A stretch of DNA of 63,991 nt, counting the filler, from Octopus bimaculoides (taxonomy: Eukaryota): the NCBI RefSeq assembly GCF_001194135.2. It is 7 parts of 7 records of this genome, joined end to end, with 100 filler letters (N's around TTAATTAATTAA, not from the genome) between each part and the next. Parts side by side here need not be neighbours in the genome. Positions count along the whole stretch, not along the records: positions 24,966 to 30,941 come from NC_069010.1; positions 31,042 to 59,424 come from NC_068989.1; 5 more parts are not named here. One strand, written 5' to 3'. Both the position numbers and the translations under genes were made by a program. The notes beneath the pieces were generated by a model. That model ran no database searches. It worked only from the letters and a program-made list of their open reading frames with translations, and was not told the origin of the DNA. This document shows positions 25,330 to 37,347 of the stretch, piece after piece (positions within the stretch are counted from its first letter, which is position 1; each line of letters starts with the position of its first letter).

Positions 25330-25790
25330 AAATAATTTTAAATTTTTTGTGATGATTCCACCGAAGACAGGCTCAGTGGCAAGTATATTCTTTAAGGACA
25401 AAAACAGGGCAACTCTTTGATAAACCAGAGGAGCAATCAGACATTAAGGGAACCACTGACCAAGTTTAGACACTTTTCCTACTTCGCAAAGGAGTTTTAT
25501 GATTAAAGCGAGACAAATTGAACAGTTTTTGCAAATTCTTATGCAGTGTTTGCTTTGGATTTTCGTCAGCTATGGTTTCCAGAAGTTGAATTTTAGCAGA
25601 ACTTGGTTTCCTAGACAGAGTGGAACCTGTGAGAGAAAAATTTCCCAAGTGAAGCTAGCCAAACCATCGTTGGAATGGTGTGACAGTTAAAGCTTCATCT
25701 CCATACACAGAGCGAATATTTCTTGCCATTTCCGTTACTGAAGAGCCTCTTTGAATTCATGCAACAAAGGAGTGGCTAATCTAAACCCAT
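25330..25790 (-). mobile_element. decayed mariner transposase remnant (N-terminal HTH)
   Basis: Minus-strand translation EMARNIRSVYGDEALTVTPFQRWFG* matches the mariner RNI..VYG..A...T.QRWF motif; stops and frameshifts follow. Confidence 0.6.
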
Positions 25791-25953
25791 TTTAAAAGGG
25801 TCAAATCAAAAGAAATTTACTTTCTCAAATGGGGTCCATACAAGGTTTTGCTGTTAAAATTTATGCTCAATAAATCAGTTATACACAAAATATTTTGACA
25901 ATTTTTTTATACAATTGCTAATAATATTTAATCATAAAAATATAACAGGATTA

Positions 25954-26326
25954 TCTATACATATATATATATATAAAATTGAGAATGTATGTCTGTGTGT
26001 GTGTGTGTGTGTCTGTGAATCCCTAAAACTCCAGAACTACACAACCAATTTCATTCAAATTTTACACATGCCTTACTTAGGGTCCCGGTTGTGTCTTAGT
26101 CAAAAAAAAAAGTTTAACTTCTTGCATACTTCCAGCCCACAGCAACATTATATCTCCTCCACAATTTAAGTATTACGTGTCAAAAGTGAAACAAAAACAC
26201 TCATGTCATTCGAACCGGAATCTCAAAAACATTGTCCTCTTACACATCTCATTCTCATTTAAGTACCACGACAGGCAAATAAAAATTACTTGTATAGTAT
26301 AATATAACAGGATAACATAATACTAG
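25954..26326 (+). mobile_element. possible non-autonomous Helitron
   Basis: 5' TCTATACATATATA..TAAAATTGAGAATGTATGTCTGTG start with internal (TG)n and a CTAG|T candidate end; subterminal hairpin not evident. Confidence 0.35.
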
Positions 26327-27015
26327 TTTTGTTGTTTATTGTTATATTTGGTACTGTGGTATATTGTTACACACACACACAGTGCCGGTGACATGTAAAA
26401 AGCACCATTTAAGCATGGCCGATGCCAGTACTGCCTGATTAGCCCTCATGCCAGTAACATGTAAAAAGCACCCAATCTAGTCATGGAATGTGAAGGTGGA
26501 TGTAGCATTGGGAAGGGCATCCAGCTGTAGAAACTTTGCCAAATCAAATTGGAGCCTGATGCAGCCATCTGGTTTCACCAGTCCTCAGTCAAATCGTCCA
26601 ACCCATGCCAGCATGGAAAGGAGACGTTAGACGACGATGATGAAGATGATAACACACACACATCATACATCAGTGATGATATAACAGAAATACTGGTGTA
26701 AATTAATCTAAAAAACAAGGAATAGACATTAGAAGGGAAAAATTAATGTGTATTTTAGCCTAGGGATTGAAAAAAAGGACACCGAATGGCCCTTTGCATA
26801 ATGTGACTGGACATTCTCTGCAGCCTTAGTTATACTCGGATTCTGTGGAGCCATTCGGTGCATGCCATCATGGAAGAACCATATTTGAAAATGATGGTAT
26901 ATGATGATGATGATAAATGTGTGTCTGCCTCTGTATGTGTGTATGTATGTCACTGTGTCCATGTGTGTGTGTCTGTGCCTGTGAATGTGTGGGTGTATGC
27001 TTGTGTGTGTATGCA

Positions 27016-27046
<31 letters not shown>

Positions 27047-27479
27047 GCACAAGTGTGTATGCATGTGTGTGTGTGAATGTGTGTATGCATGTATATACGT
27101 GTATGCATGCATGTGTGTGTGTGAATGTGTGTATGCATATATATATATATATGTGTGTTTGTGTCTGTGTGTGTGCATGAGCGTGTGTGTGTGCATGCAT
27201 GTGTGTATGTGCATTCAGAGAAAGAGAGAAAGAAAGAGAAGGAGAGAGAGAGAGAGAGAGAAAGGAAGAAGAAGAAAGCTCACGACATGTCAAGCTGGCT
27301 TAAAGCTTTAGATACTTATGTCAAGTACTCAAAACAATCCTCGCATGTCTCTCTGCCGGAGAATTATCTCAGAATTCCTCTCCCTTTCTTACAGTTCTTT
27401 GTTGCACTTAATACACTGACTTAATATTTCTCATTGTAGCTACACAACATTTAACAATATCACTCGTACTTGTCAATGT

Positions 27480-27654
27480 ATATCTAGTTATCTATCTATC
27501 TATTCATCTATCTGTCTCTCTCTCTCTGTCTATCTATCTATCTGTCTCTCTATCTATCTATCAGTCTCTTTATCTATCTATCTACCTATCTATCTATCGA
27601 TTTATCTATCTGTCTCTCTCTCTCTATCTATCTATTTATCTATCTATTTATCTA

Positions 27655-27697
<43 letters not shown>

Positions 27698-27758
27698 TTA
27701 TCTATCTATTTGCCTGTCTGTCTGTTTGTGTCTCTATCTATCTATATAGCTATTTATT

Positions 27759-27806
<48 letters not shown>

Positions 27807-27893
27807 CACTCACACACATTCTTTATGCTCTCTTCTCCTTATCTTCCTTTCATTGTATGTGTATGTCAATGCATTTATGTATGAGTGTGGGTC

Positions 27894-27928
<35 letters not shown>

Positions 27929-27930
27929 AN
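27480..27930. repeat. (TATC)n/(CT)n/(CA)n compound microsatellite
   Basis: Direct reading. Confidence 0.9.
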
Positions 27931-27999
27931 NNNNNNNNNTTTGTCAACTACACAGCATAGTAGGGTCAGTTGGGTACCATCTGTGAGACAAACAACACC

Positions 28000-28810
28000 A
28001 TAACACATTTCACTCTGTCAGAAATTTGGAAACATGCTGCACTGCTTGGCATTCATGCCGGAAGCTCCAATACAAACATTTCGGAATGTTTGGGTGTCAA
28101 CCTGAGGACGGTGCAATCTGAGGACATGTACCGAGAGTGATAAAAAAAAAATATCTAGTCAATGTCATGGTGTTTGGAGTGATCGCTAGTAATGACAACG
28201 ATATGCCTCCATTCATCTTCCTACACAGCCTCACACTCAACATGGAGGCCTACATCAAGTGCCTGGAGGAAGTGGTACTGCCCTGGGTCAAGAAGGTGGC
28301 TGCTGGAAGACCCTATGTCTGGTAACAGGACTCTGCACCATGCCACACAAGCAGAGAACCCAGTCATGACTGTCAGACAATTTCTNNNNNNNNNNCATGC
28401 CACACAAGCAGAGAACCCAGTCATGACTGTCAGACAATTTCTACGACCACATCACCCCCTAATATCTGGCCACCTGACTCCCCAGACTGCAAACCCCTTG
28501 ATTATTATGTGTGGGGCGCAGTTGAGTGAGAGACCAACAAATGTCTTTGTAACACCAAAGATAAACTGAAGGCAAGGATTATGGCAGAATTCACCAATTT
28601 AAACAAGGAGACTATCCAGAAGAGTTGCAGGAGATTCCGAAGTCATCTGGAGGCCGTGGTTGAAGCCAATGGCGATTTTATTGAATAAATTTACTCTTTA
28701 GTATTTCAAGATATTTTTATGCAATTTTGCTAAATATATGTCAAAATGAGATGTCAGTGTTATTTTTCATTTGTGCGTAATTTAGACGACAGTTTATTCA
28801 CCACACCCTG
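28000..28810 (+). mobile_element. decayed Tc1/mariner transposon, maT (DD37D)-like, internally deleted
   Basis: NVMVFGVIAS..MPPFIF..YIKCLEEVVLPWVKKVAAGRPYVW*QDSAP..WPPDSPDCKPLDYYVWGAVE..EAVVEANGDFIE*; terminus CACCCTG|TA at 28804-28812. Confidence 0.8.
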
Positions 28811-28899
28811 TACACATATATATAACTTAGATATGTTTTCAACCAACGAATGGCCCAGGCCATGTCTAACTTAACAGCACCACCATATATATATATGTG

Positions 28900-28930
<31 letters not shown>

Positions 28931-29497
28931 TTCGTTTTGGGATTTGGTTTGCAAGATTCTTTATGTGAGTTCGTGTGTTGAAGCATATTCTGTTGTGTTT
29001 GGGGAGAGTCATTCTCTTTTGATGTTGCAACATTGCCATATGCACAAGATGGCTGATTAACCTTTTTATATTTACTTACTATAATGATACTCTTGTGCTT
29101 TTCTCTGTCACAACATATGAATGAGAAAGGAAAGGGGTGATAGATGGATAAGGAAGGAAGGAAGCTGTGATGACAAACTGGTGGTGGGATGGTAAACATT
29201 CAACGCTGAAAAGAAAAACTCAAACAGCGTTTCAACTCTGTGAGTATATGTGTGTGCGTGTACAAGGGAAATATGTGAATGTTTGTATGTGTGAACCAGC
29301 ATCCTTTCAGTAACAAATGATGATCGATGTCACATCTCAAAAGACGACCCCTAGATAACATTGACAAGTGTATTAATTTGATTTACCATCCGTATTTATA
29401 TATAAAATGCTATGATTAGCTGTCATTTTTGATGGCACGGGGCCAACTCGTTATAAAATAAGACTCGTAAAGCGGGCCCTCGTAAAGTGAGATATTA

Positions 29498-29760
29498 ATA
29501 TAAATAAATAAACGCGCCCTTTTAAAGCCTAGCCAGGTTCATGGGCCCGGTTTCCCGGTTTCAATGGCGTATGTGTTCCCCAGCTGGATGGGATGCCAGT
29601 CCATCGCAGCATTACTCATTTTTGCCAGCTGAGTGAACTGGAGAAACGTGAAATGAAGTGTTTTGCTCAAGAACACGACTCGTCGCCCGGTCCAGGAATC
29701 GAAACCACAATCTTACGATCATGATGCCGACAGCCTAACCACTGAGCCACGCGCCTCCAC
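29498..29760 (-). mobile_element. tRNA-derived SINE, family D, full length with probable TSD
   Basis: Head GTGGAGGCGCGTGGCTCAGTGGTTAGG..GTTTCGATTCC, (TTTA)n tail; AAAGTGAG(A/GT)TATTA flanks at 29484 and 29761. Confidence 0.8.
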
Positions 29761-30439
29761 AAAGTGAGGTATTACTATACATAAATACACGTACAGATAT
29801 ACATACACATGCATAGGCATTAAGGGGGTTAGAGTCTCTCCATTAAGGGGGTTAGAGTCTCTCCACTTCATATTGCTTCAGTTGACACAGGTGTAAATGA
29901 GGACCAGCTGTGTGCTCGTACAGTTCTCTCTCTTTCTCTCTCTCTCTGTCTCTCTATGTCTCTCTCTCTCTGTCTCTGTCTCTCTGTCTCTGTCTCTCTG
30001 TCTCTCTGTCTCTCTCTCTCGTTCTCCTGCTGCCACACCCTGGTTGCGTATCTGGGTCAAGGTGTGAGAGAATTCACAGCAGGTCTNNNNNNNNNNNNNN
30101 NNNNNNNNNNNNNNNNNNNNNNNNNNNNNNNNNNNNNNNNNNNNNNNNNNNNNNNNNNNNNNNNNNNNNNNNNNNNNNNNNNNNNNNNNNNNNNNNNNNN
30201 NNNNNNNNNNNNNNNNNNNNNNNNNNNNNNNNNNNNNNNNNNNNNNNNNNNNNNNNNNNNNNNNNNNNNNNNNNNNNNNNNNNNNNNNNNNNNNNNNNNN
30301 NNNNNNNNNNNNNNNNNNNNNNNNNNNNNNNNNNNNNNNNNNNNNNNNNNNNNNNNNNNNNNNNNNNNNNNNNNNNNNNNNNNNNNNNNNNNNNNNNNNN
30401 NNNNNNNNNNNNNNNNNNNNNNNNNNNNNNNNNNNNNNN

Positions 30440-30494
<55 letters not shown>

Positions 30495-30832
30495 ATGTAT
30501 ATATATGTATATATGTGTGTGTGTTTGGAGGGAGAGAGAGAGAAAGAGAGATAGGTATAGATATAGATATATATGTACATATAGATAGAGAGAGATAGAT
30601 AAATATGGATATACACAAAGACAGACATGTACATGTGTATGTATGTATATATATATATACACAGACACATACGCACATATATATAGATATATGTACGAGT
30701 GTGTGCGTCTGTATGTATATATATATATATACACATATATATGGGAGAATATACAAATAATAACAACAGACGAGGACAGGTGGTGTAAATAACAAAAGTA
30801 TATATTAGTATGACGCTCGGGAATACGGAAAG

Positions 30833-30869
30833 TCTTTGACGTTTCGAGCTACGCTCTTCAACAGAAAGA
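30833..30869 (-). ncRNA. hammerhead-like motif with core substitution
   Basis: TCTTT-CTGTTGA-A-GAGC(GTA)GCTC-GAA-ACGT-C-AAAGA; A6 replaced by U. Confidence 0.45.
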
Positions 30870-30941
30870 ATACGGAGACAAGGAGAAAAACACGGAGAAA
30901 AAAAATTGAATAGTGTTCAGTCAACGGTCAATCATAATAAT

Positions 30942-31041
30942 NNNNNNNNNNNNNNNNNNNNNNNNNNNNNNNNNNNNNNNNNNNNTTAATTAATTAANNN
31001 NNNNNNNNNNNNNNNNNNNNNNNNNNNNNNNNNNNNNNNNN
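30942..31041. other. artificial scaffold linker 3
   Basis: N44-TTAATTAATTAA-N44. Confidence 0.97.
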
Positions 31042-31044
31042 TAT

Positions 31045-31415
31045 ATATAGGCATAGGTGTGGTTGTGTGGTAAGAAGCTTGCTTCCCAACCATATTGTCC
31101 TGGGTTCAGTCCCATTGCATGGCACCTTGGGCAAGTGTCTTCTACTATAGCCTCAAGTTGACCAAAGCTGTGGATTTGGTAAGCAGAAATTGAAAGAAGC
31201 CCATCGTGTGTGTGTGTGTGTGTCTCCCCACCATTGATTGACAACCGATGTTGGTGTGTTTACGTCCCTGTAACTTAGCAGTTCAGCACAAAAGACCGAT
31301 AGAATAAGTACTAGGCTTACAAAGTCCTAGGGTCGATTTCTTCAACTAAAACCCTATAAAGTGGTGCTCCAGCATGGCCACGGTCAAATGACTGAAACAT
31401 GTAAAAGAATAAAAT
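31045..31415 (+). mobile_element. tRNA-derived SINE, family B (internal microsatellite)
   Basis: GTGGTTGTGTGGTAAGAAGCTTGC..GGTTCAGTCCC..CACCTTGGGCAAGTGTCTTCT..(TG)n..CAGCATGGCCACGGTCAAATGACTGAAAC. Confidence 0.8.
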
Positions 31416-31501
31416 GTGCATGTGTGTGTACACACATACACACACACACAGAGGATGGAAAGGAGATGAGACAGGGCAGCATCTAGACATGGAAGATATT
31501 A

Positions 31502-32030
<529 letters not shown>

Positions 32031-32140
32031 AAACATTTAAATACAGACATACATAAATTTTTTTTAAATATACATTACGATGATGATGATTATAGTGAAA
32101 AGAAAAAAAGAAAAGAAACAAGGAAACAGTGGTCACTTAC

Positions 32141-32266
32141 TTTATTGGGTAAGATTTTGTGCAGAGTGTAGCAGTCATTGCGCAGGGCAACTCTGCTGTT
32201 TGCAGTGACGTCATTGATGTCAATGTTCTTGTCCACATCGACCACAAACTTTCCCTCGGGGTGTAC
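32141..32266 (-). CDS. PSMC5: PSMC5 coding exon 5 (OB fold)
   Basis: [42 protein letters not shown]; 126 nt, TTACAG acceptor, AAA|GTAAGT donor. Confidence 0.97.
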
Positions 32267-32719
32267 CTGTAATGTTAAGGAAGGTAATTCAGTAATGCAT
32301 GCATGTGTGTGTGAGGAGTTTTGGTATCCAGAAGACTCAAAATGGCAGGTGAGGCTATGTAAGTGCTACAGAAGGACAGTAGTTAGACTCTCGGTTCGAT
32401 AATAGTATGAGTGAGGAGTCTAATGCAGGTTGTGTGTGAGCATGTATGTTAAATAAAATGAGACCACAAAGCCAAGGCTGTGTGGAATTTCTAGGGCATT
32501 TATAAAGAGGGAGGTAGTCTTACAGCTGTTTCAGGGATATGTGGGATATCCCTTCACCAGAGACGATGTGAGAGAGTTAAATAGAAGGAAATAGTAGAGT
32601 TCAATATAAGGAGTTATTTTGGAAAGGGAGAGATATAGAAAGTATAAAGGGAAATTAAAAGAATAATATATGTTGGATGTTACAATTGCAGTTCCATTAT
32701 CCAAGGAATGTGCCATGTA

Positions 32720-32960
32720 GAATGGGTGAAGAGGCTTCTTGTCCATAGTATGTTAACTCCGGTGCCGCTGGACTGGCTCCTGTGCCGGTGGCACGTAAAA
32801 GCACCCACTACACTCTCGGAGTGGTTGGCGTTAGGAAGGGCATCCAGCTGTAGAAACTCTGCCAAATCAGATTGGAGCCTGGTGCAGCCTTCTGGTTCAC
32901 CAGTCCTCAGTCAAATCGTCCAACCCATGCTAGCATGGAAAGCGGACGTTAAATGATGAT
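32720..32960 (+). mobile_element. RTE 3'-tail copy
   Basis: Near-consensus tail ending GCGGACGTTAAATGATGAT. Confidence 0.8.
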
Positions 32961-33018
32961 CATCATCATCATCATTTAACGTCCATTGTCCATACTGGCA
33001 AACACACACACATACATA

Positions 33019-33250
33019 AGGCGGAGAGCTGGCAGAAACGTTAGCATGCCAGGCGAAATGCTTAGCAGTATTTCGTCTGCCGCTACGTTCTGAGTTCAAA
33101 TTCCGCCAAGGTCGACTTTGCCTTTCATCCTTTCGGGGTCGATTAAATAAGTACCAGTTACGCACTGGGGTCAATATAATCAACTTAATCCGTTTGTCTG
33201 TCCTTGTTTGTCCCCTCTGTGTGTAGCCCCTTGTGGGTAGTAAAGAAATA
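33019..33250 (+). mobile_element. tRNA-derived SINE, family A monomer 1
   Basis: Matches the head monomer of the dimer at 2963-3349 and ends at AGTAAAGAAATA, the dimer junction. Confidence 0.85.
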
Positions 33251-33428
33251 ACACACATACATATATGTGCTTGTGTGTGGTTTTAGGTTCAGTTCAGCTG
33301 AACACCACCTGTGTCTCTCCACTGTGGCCCTTAACAATTCAGAGCCAGCCTTGGACTAAGCAAATACAACAACACTCTCTTCTGCAGCCCTTAATAAATA
33401 AGGGCCAAACTGGGACTAAACAAGTTCA

Positions 33429-33599
<171 letters not shown>

Positions 33600-35087
33600 T
33601 CAAGGGACTAATGTTACTGGACAACAACAACAACAGTATAGCCGACTCAAAGGAGGAGTGGCTGTAAGTGACCAATCTGCTAAAAATAGCAGCCTAATTT
33701 CCTGCAAATCACACCCTTCTCTACACATAGGAAAAAGCTGGATAATTGGGGCTGGAATGCCCTTGATCAAAAATATGCTCAATCAAAGTTGACCAGAGTT
33801 TAAATAACATCACGGTTGACATGGGGCTAAACAACAACAACAACAATCTTTGAATGGTCTTAGCTCCACCTGGTGCCAGAGTGAAAGGATAACCTCAGCT
33901 GTCAACTCCAAAAGTCAAACAACCATCAAAGAGGTGGAGGTAAAAAATTAACCTCTTATTATTTATGATAATAGTAATAACGGCTGCATGGTCAAGAAGT
34001 TTGCTTCTCAACCACATGGCCTCAGGTTCAGTCCCACTGTGTGGCATCTTGGGCAAGTGTCTTCTACTATAGCCCCAGGTCAATAAAACCTTGAGAGTAT
34101 TTGATAATCAGAAACTGAAAAAGGGCAAGGCTTGTGTTTCTTTGTTTTAAAAGTGAAAGGGGGTGGCTTAGCGGTTAGGGTATTTAGCTCGTGAGCATGA
34201 GGTCATGAGTTCAATTCCTGACGGTATGTTGTATCCTTGAGCAAGACACTTCATTTCACATTGCTCCAGTCCAATCAGCTGACAAAAATGAGCTGTACCT
34301 GTAATTCAAAGGGCCTTCCTTGTCACATTCTGTCACACTGAATCTCCCTAGGCTTAGAAAGAAAAAAAAGAAAAAAATACTGGGGTTGATTCGTTCGACT
34401 AAAAACTGTTCGAAGTGGTACCCCAGCATGGCCACGGTCAAGTGACAAACAAAGTAAAAACGTATCATGGAAATTGTTCAGAAACAATTATTCACAAAAC
34501 AATTATTCGAAATGAATATCATTTGTGTACTAGATTTTTGATTTTATCATTTTTGCTAAAATAATATAAAAAAAATTTAGAATAATTAACATTTAGCTTA
34601 ATTGTCCTTTTGAATAATCTTCATTCATACAATTTTCCATTCAAATAATTGTTTCCATAATCAGATAAAGTTCTCATAATCAGATAAAGTTGGTTGAATG
34701 GTTTAAAATACCATTCACGGGGTGCAGTATTTTAGGGTTTTAGTTTTTCTTTTTTTTTTTTCTTTTTTAGGAGGGGAGGGGGTGTTTCTTTACTTTTGAT
34801 AATACAGCCTGGATGGTGTTTTTATTCTAACTGGCAGATATTTGAGAATTGAAGATGGGAGTGAAAACTTTTTTGCGGGTATATTCATTTATACACCTTG
34901 ATCAGAGACAAAGCACAACTGAGATGGAAGACAACGAAACGAGAGATGACAAGGATTGTCTTACAGGAATGTCTACGGCAATAAGAACAAAATCCTTTTA
35001 TGAAACATTGGATTCATTATGTACAGCTGAAGCCAATAATTATAAAATTAACACAATAGACACACCTATCGCAAACAATTGACATAC

Positions 35088-35157
35088 CTTTAGCATTCAG
35101 TTCATTCCGCTGAGCTTCCAGTCGGCGCAAATTCTGCGTCTTTTCTGTTACGATCAA
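35088..35157 (-). CDS. PSMC5: PSMC5 coding exon 3 (coiled coil)
   Basis: LIVTEKTQNLRRLEAQRNELNAK; 70 nt, TTTTCAG acceptor, G|GTATG donor. Confidence 0.97.
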
Positions 35158-35418
35158 CTGAAAAGATAATTGTAAAAGTCTGAGAAGTGTTTAGGAATAA
35201 TTAAACAACAGGGGTCACTTATTCAGCTGTAAAGATTGAGGTGGAGTTATTTTAAAATTATTATACAATAGGCATAGTTATTGAGTGTTTAAGAAGTTTG
35301 CTTCACGACTGCAAGGTTTGGGGTTCAGTCCCAGAACACAGCACCTGGAGTAAGTAAGTACTTTCTATTATAGCCCTAGATTGAATAGATGGATAGATGG
35401 AAACTGAAAGAAATCTAT

Positions 35419-35457
<39 letters not shown>

Positions 35458-35709
35458 TACCATGGCTGGTACCATGTAAAACGCACTCAGTACACTCCGT
35501 CTTGTGGTTGGTATTGGGAAGGGCATCCAGCTGTAGAAACCATTCCAAATCAGACAACTGAAGCTTAGTGTAGCTCTCCACCTTGCCAGCTCTGGTCAAA
35601 CCGTCCAACCCATACCAGTGTGGACAACGGACATTAAATGATGTTGATGATGATATTATACACACATATTGGGTCGTCCCATAAATTATGCGGTTTTTTT
35701 ATATTTCTG

Positions 35710-36135
35710 TTCATCAGGTGTCTTGGGGAAATTTTGAACCTGGGTTCTTATTCCTAAGGTATTTTTTGATATTATTATTATTATTATTATTAGTGTTCAA
35801 GTCACTGCCTGGAATCGAACTCGGAATCTTAGGGTTAGTAGCACGCACTCTTAACCACTACGCCATATTAGGCATAGTGGTTAAGAGCACAGGCTACTAA
35901 CACCAAGGTTCTGAGTTCAATTCCAGGCAATGACCTGAATAATAATAATGATAATAATAATAACATCGAAAAATACCTTAGGAATGAGAACCCAGGTTCA
36001 AAATTTCCCCAAGACACCTGATGAAGGCTGGAGGGTATATCAGCCGAAATGTTGTGTTAACAACAAACAAGATGATGACAAATATCCGTCAATTGTAAAT
36101 AATGTACATAATTCCTCATCTCTTAAATCTAGAAC
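35710..36135. mobile_element. foldback element locus A: head-to-head tRNA-like heads, (AAT)n, hammerhead-bearing tail
   Basis: 35710-35864 is the reverse complement of 35871-36025; A box TGGCGTAGTGG, B box GAGTTCGATTCC; same architecture as 52201-52700; no N gap inside. Confidence 0.85.
36013..36058 (+). ncRNA. candidate minimal type I hammerhead ribozyme
   Basis: GACAC-CTGATGA-A-GGCTG(GAGGGTATAT)CAGCC-GAA-ATGT-T-GTGTT; stems I and II pair fully (one G.U); ACGT decayed to ATGT. Confidence 0.55.
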
Positions 36136-36284
36136 AGATGGGGCATTGTCTGGTGAATATGGTGGGTGGGACATCATTTCCCATTCAAACTGCTCCGGCC
36201 AATGATTACCTTCCGTCTCGAAACCAAAGATAGTCATTTTCCTTCTAGCACTAACTTGAATGACTGGTTGAATGACCAAAAGCA

Positions 36285-37045
36285 AGCAGTGAAACAAAGG
36301 CCATGACTGTTGAGGACATGCATAGGCTTGAAAGAAATGAAGCTAGTTTGATCTGCTGGATGTATAATGTCAGTGTGCATACACAACAGAGTGTAAGCAC
36401 CCTGAGAGAAAAGTTGGACATAAGCAGCATCAAATGTGGTGTGCAAGAGAGATGACTGCGCTGGTATGGTCATGTGTTGTGTATGGATGAGGACAGCTGT
36501 GTGAAAAAGTGTCACACCTTAGGAATGGAGGGAACCTGTGGAAGTGGTAGACCCAAGAAGACCTGGGATGAGATGATGAAGCACGACCTTCAAATATTGG
36601 GCCTTACAGAGGCAATGACAAGCAACCGAGACCTTTGAAGATATGCTGTGCTTGAGAAGACCCGGCAAGCCAAGTGAGATTGTAGCCATGGCCGATGCCA
36701 GTGTCACATAACCGGCTTGTTTAAAAATACTCTTCAATCATCAGGCAATATGCTGTTGAGTCAAGTGAAATCAATGTTGTGGCTGGTGGCATGTAAAAAG
36801 CACAAGTCGGGCATAGCCGATGCCCATGCCAGTGGCACATAAAAAGCACCATTTGAGCATGGTTGATGCCAATGCCACCTGACTGGCTCCCATGCCGGTA
36901 GCACATAAACAGCACCCACTACACTCTCAGGGTGGTTGGCATTAGGAAGGGCATCCAGCTGTAGAAACCTTGCCAGATCAGATTGGAGCCTGGTGCAGTC
37001 TCCTGACTTATCGGTCTTCAGTCAAACCGACCAACCCATGATGAT
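36285..37045 (+). mobile_element. 5'-truncated RTE-clade LINE (RT C-terminus plus modular 3'UTR)
   Basis: SETKAMTVEDMHRLERNEASLICWMYNV..LREKLDISSIKCGVQERRLRWYGHVLCMDEDSCVKKC..GRPKKTWDEMMKHDL; stop at 36675-36677, then the tail shared by many copies. Confidence 0.88.
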
Positions 37046-37269
37046 GACCCATTTTACTGTCCACTTCTCAAAGGTTCCATGGAAAGAAAAGAAACCACCC
37101 CACAGATTTAATAAAGAGTTTGGTTCCCCATATGACAGGCAACTGAAGAAGGCCAGAGGATACAACAGGTGAAATGTGATTATAACACCTTTGATTCTAA
37201 GCCTGCTGAATCAGGGCTGACCTGGAGCTGAACAACAACAACAACAACTAAAATAAATCTGAAACTTAC

Positions 37270-37347
37270 TTGAAGCTCTTCAGTTTTGCTGATATAATAT
37301 GACTTTATCCCATCCTGTTGGATAGGAACCTCATCAATCTCCATTTT
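37270..37347 (-). CDS. PSMC5: PSMC5 coding exon 2
   Basis: KMEIDEVPIQQDGIKSYYISKTEELQ resembles human [31 protein letters not shown] acceptor, CAA|GTAAGT donor. Confidence 0.93.

Larger units (their letters stand above)
35668..36260 (-). mobile_element. mariner remnant interrupted by the foldback element
   Basis: Minus-strand WEMMSHPPYSPDNAPS motif near 36135-36190 and a mariner-type terminus TATTGGGTCGTCCCATAAATTATGCGG near 35668-35695. Confidence 0.55.
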
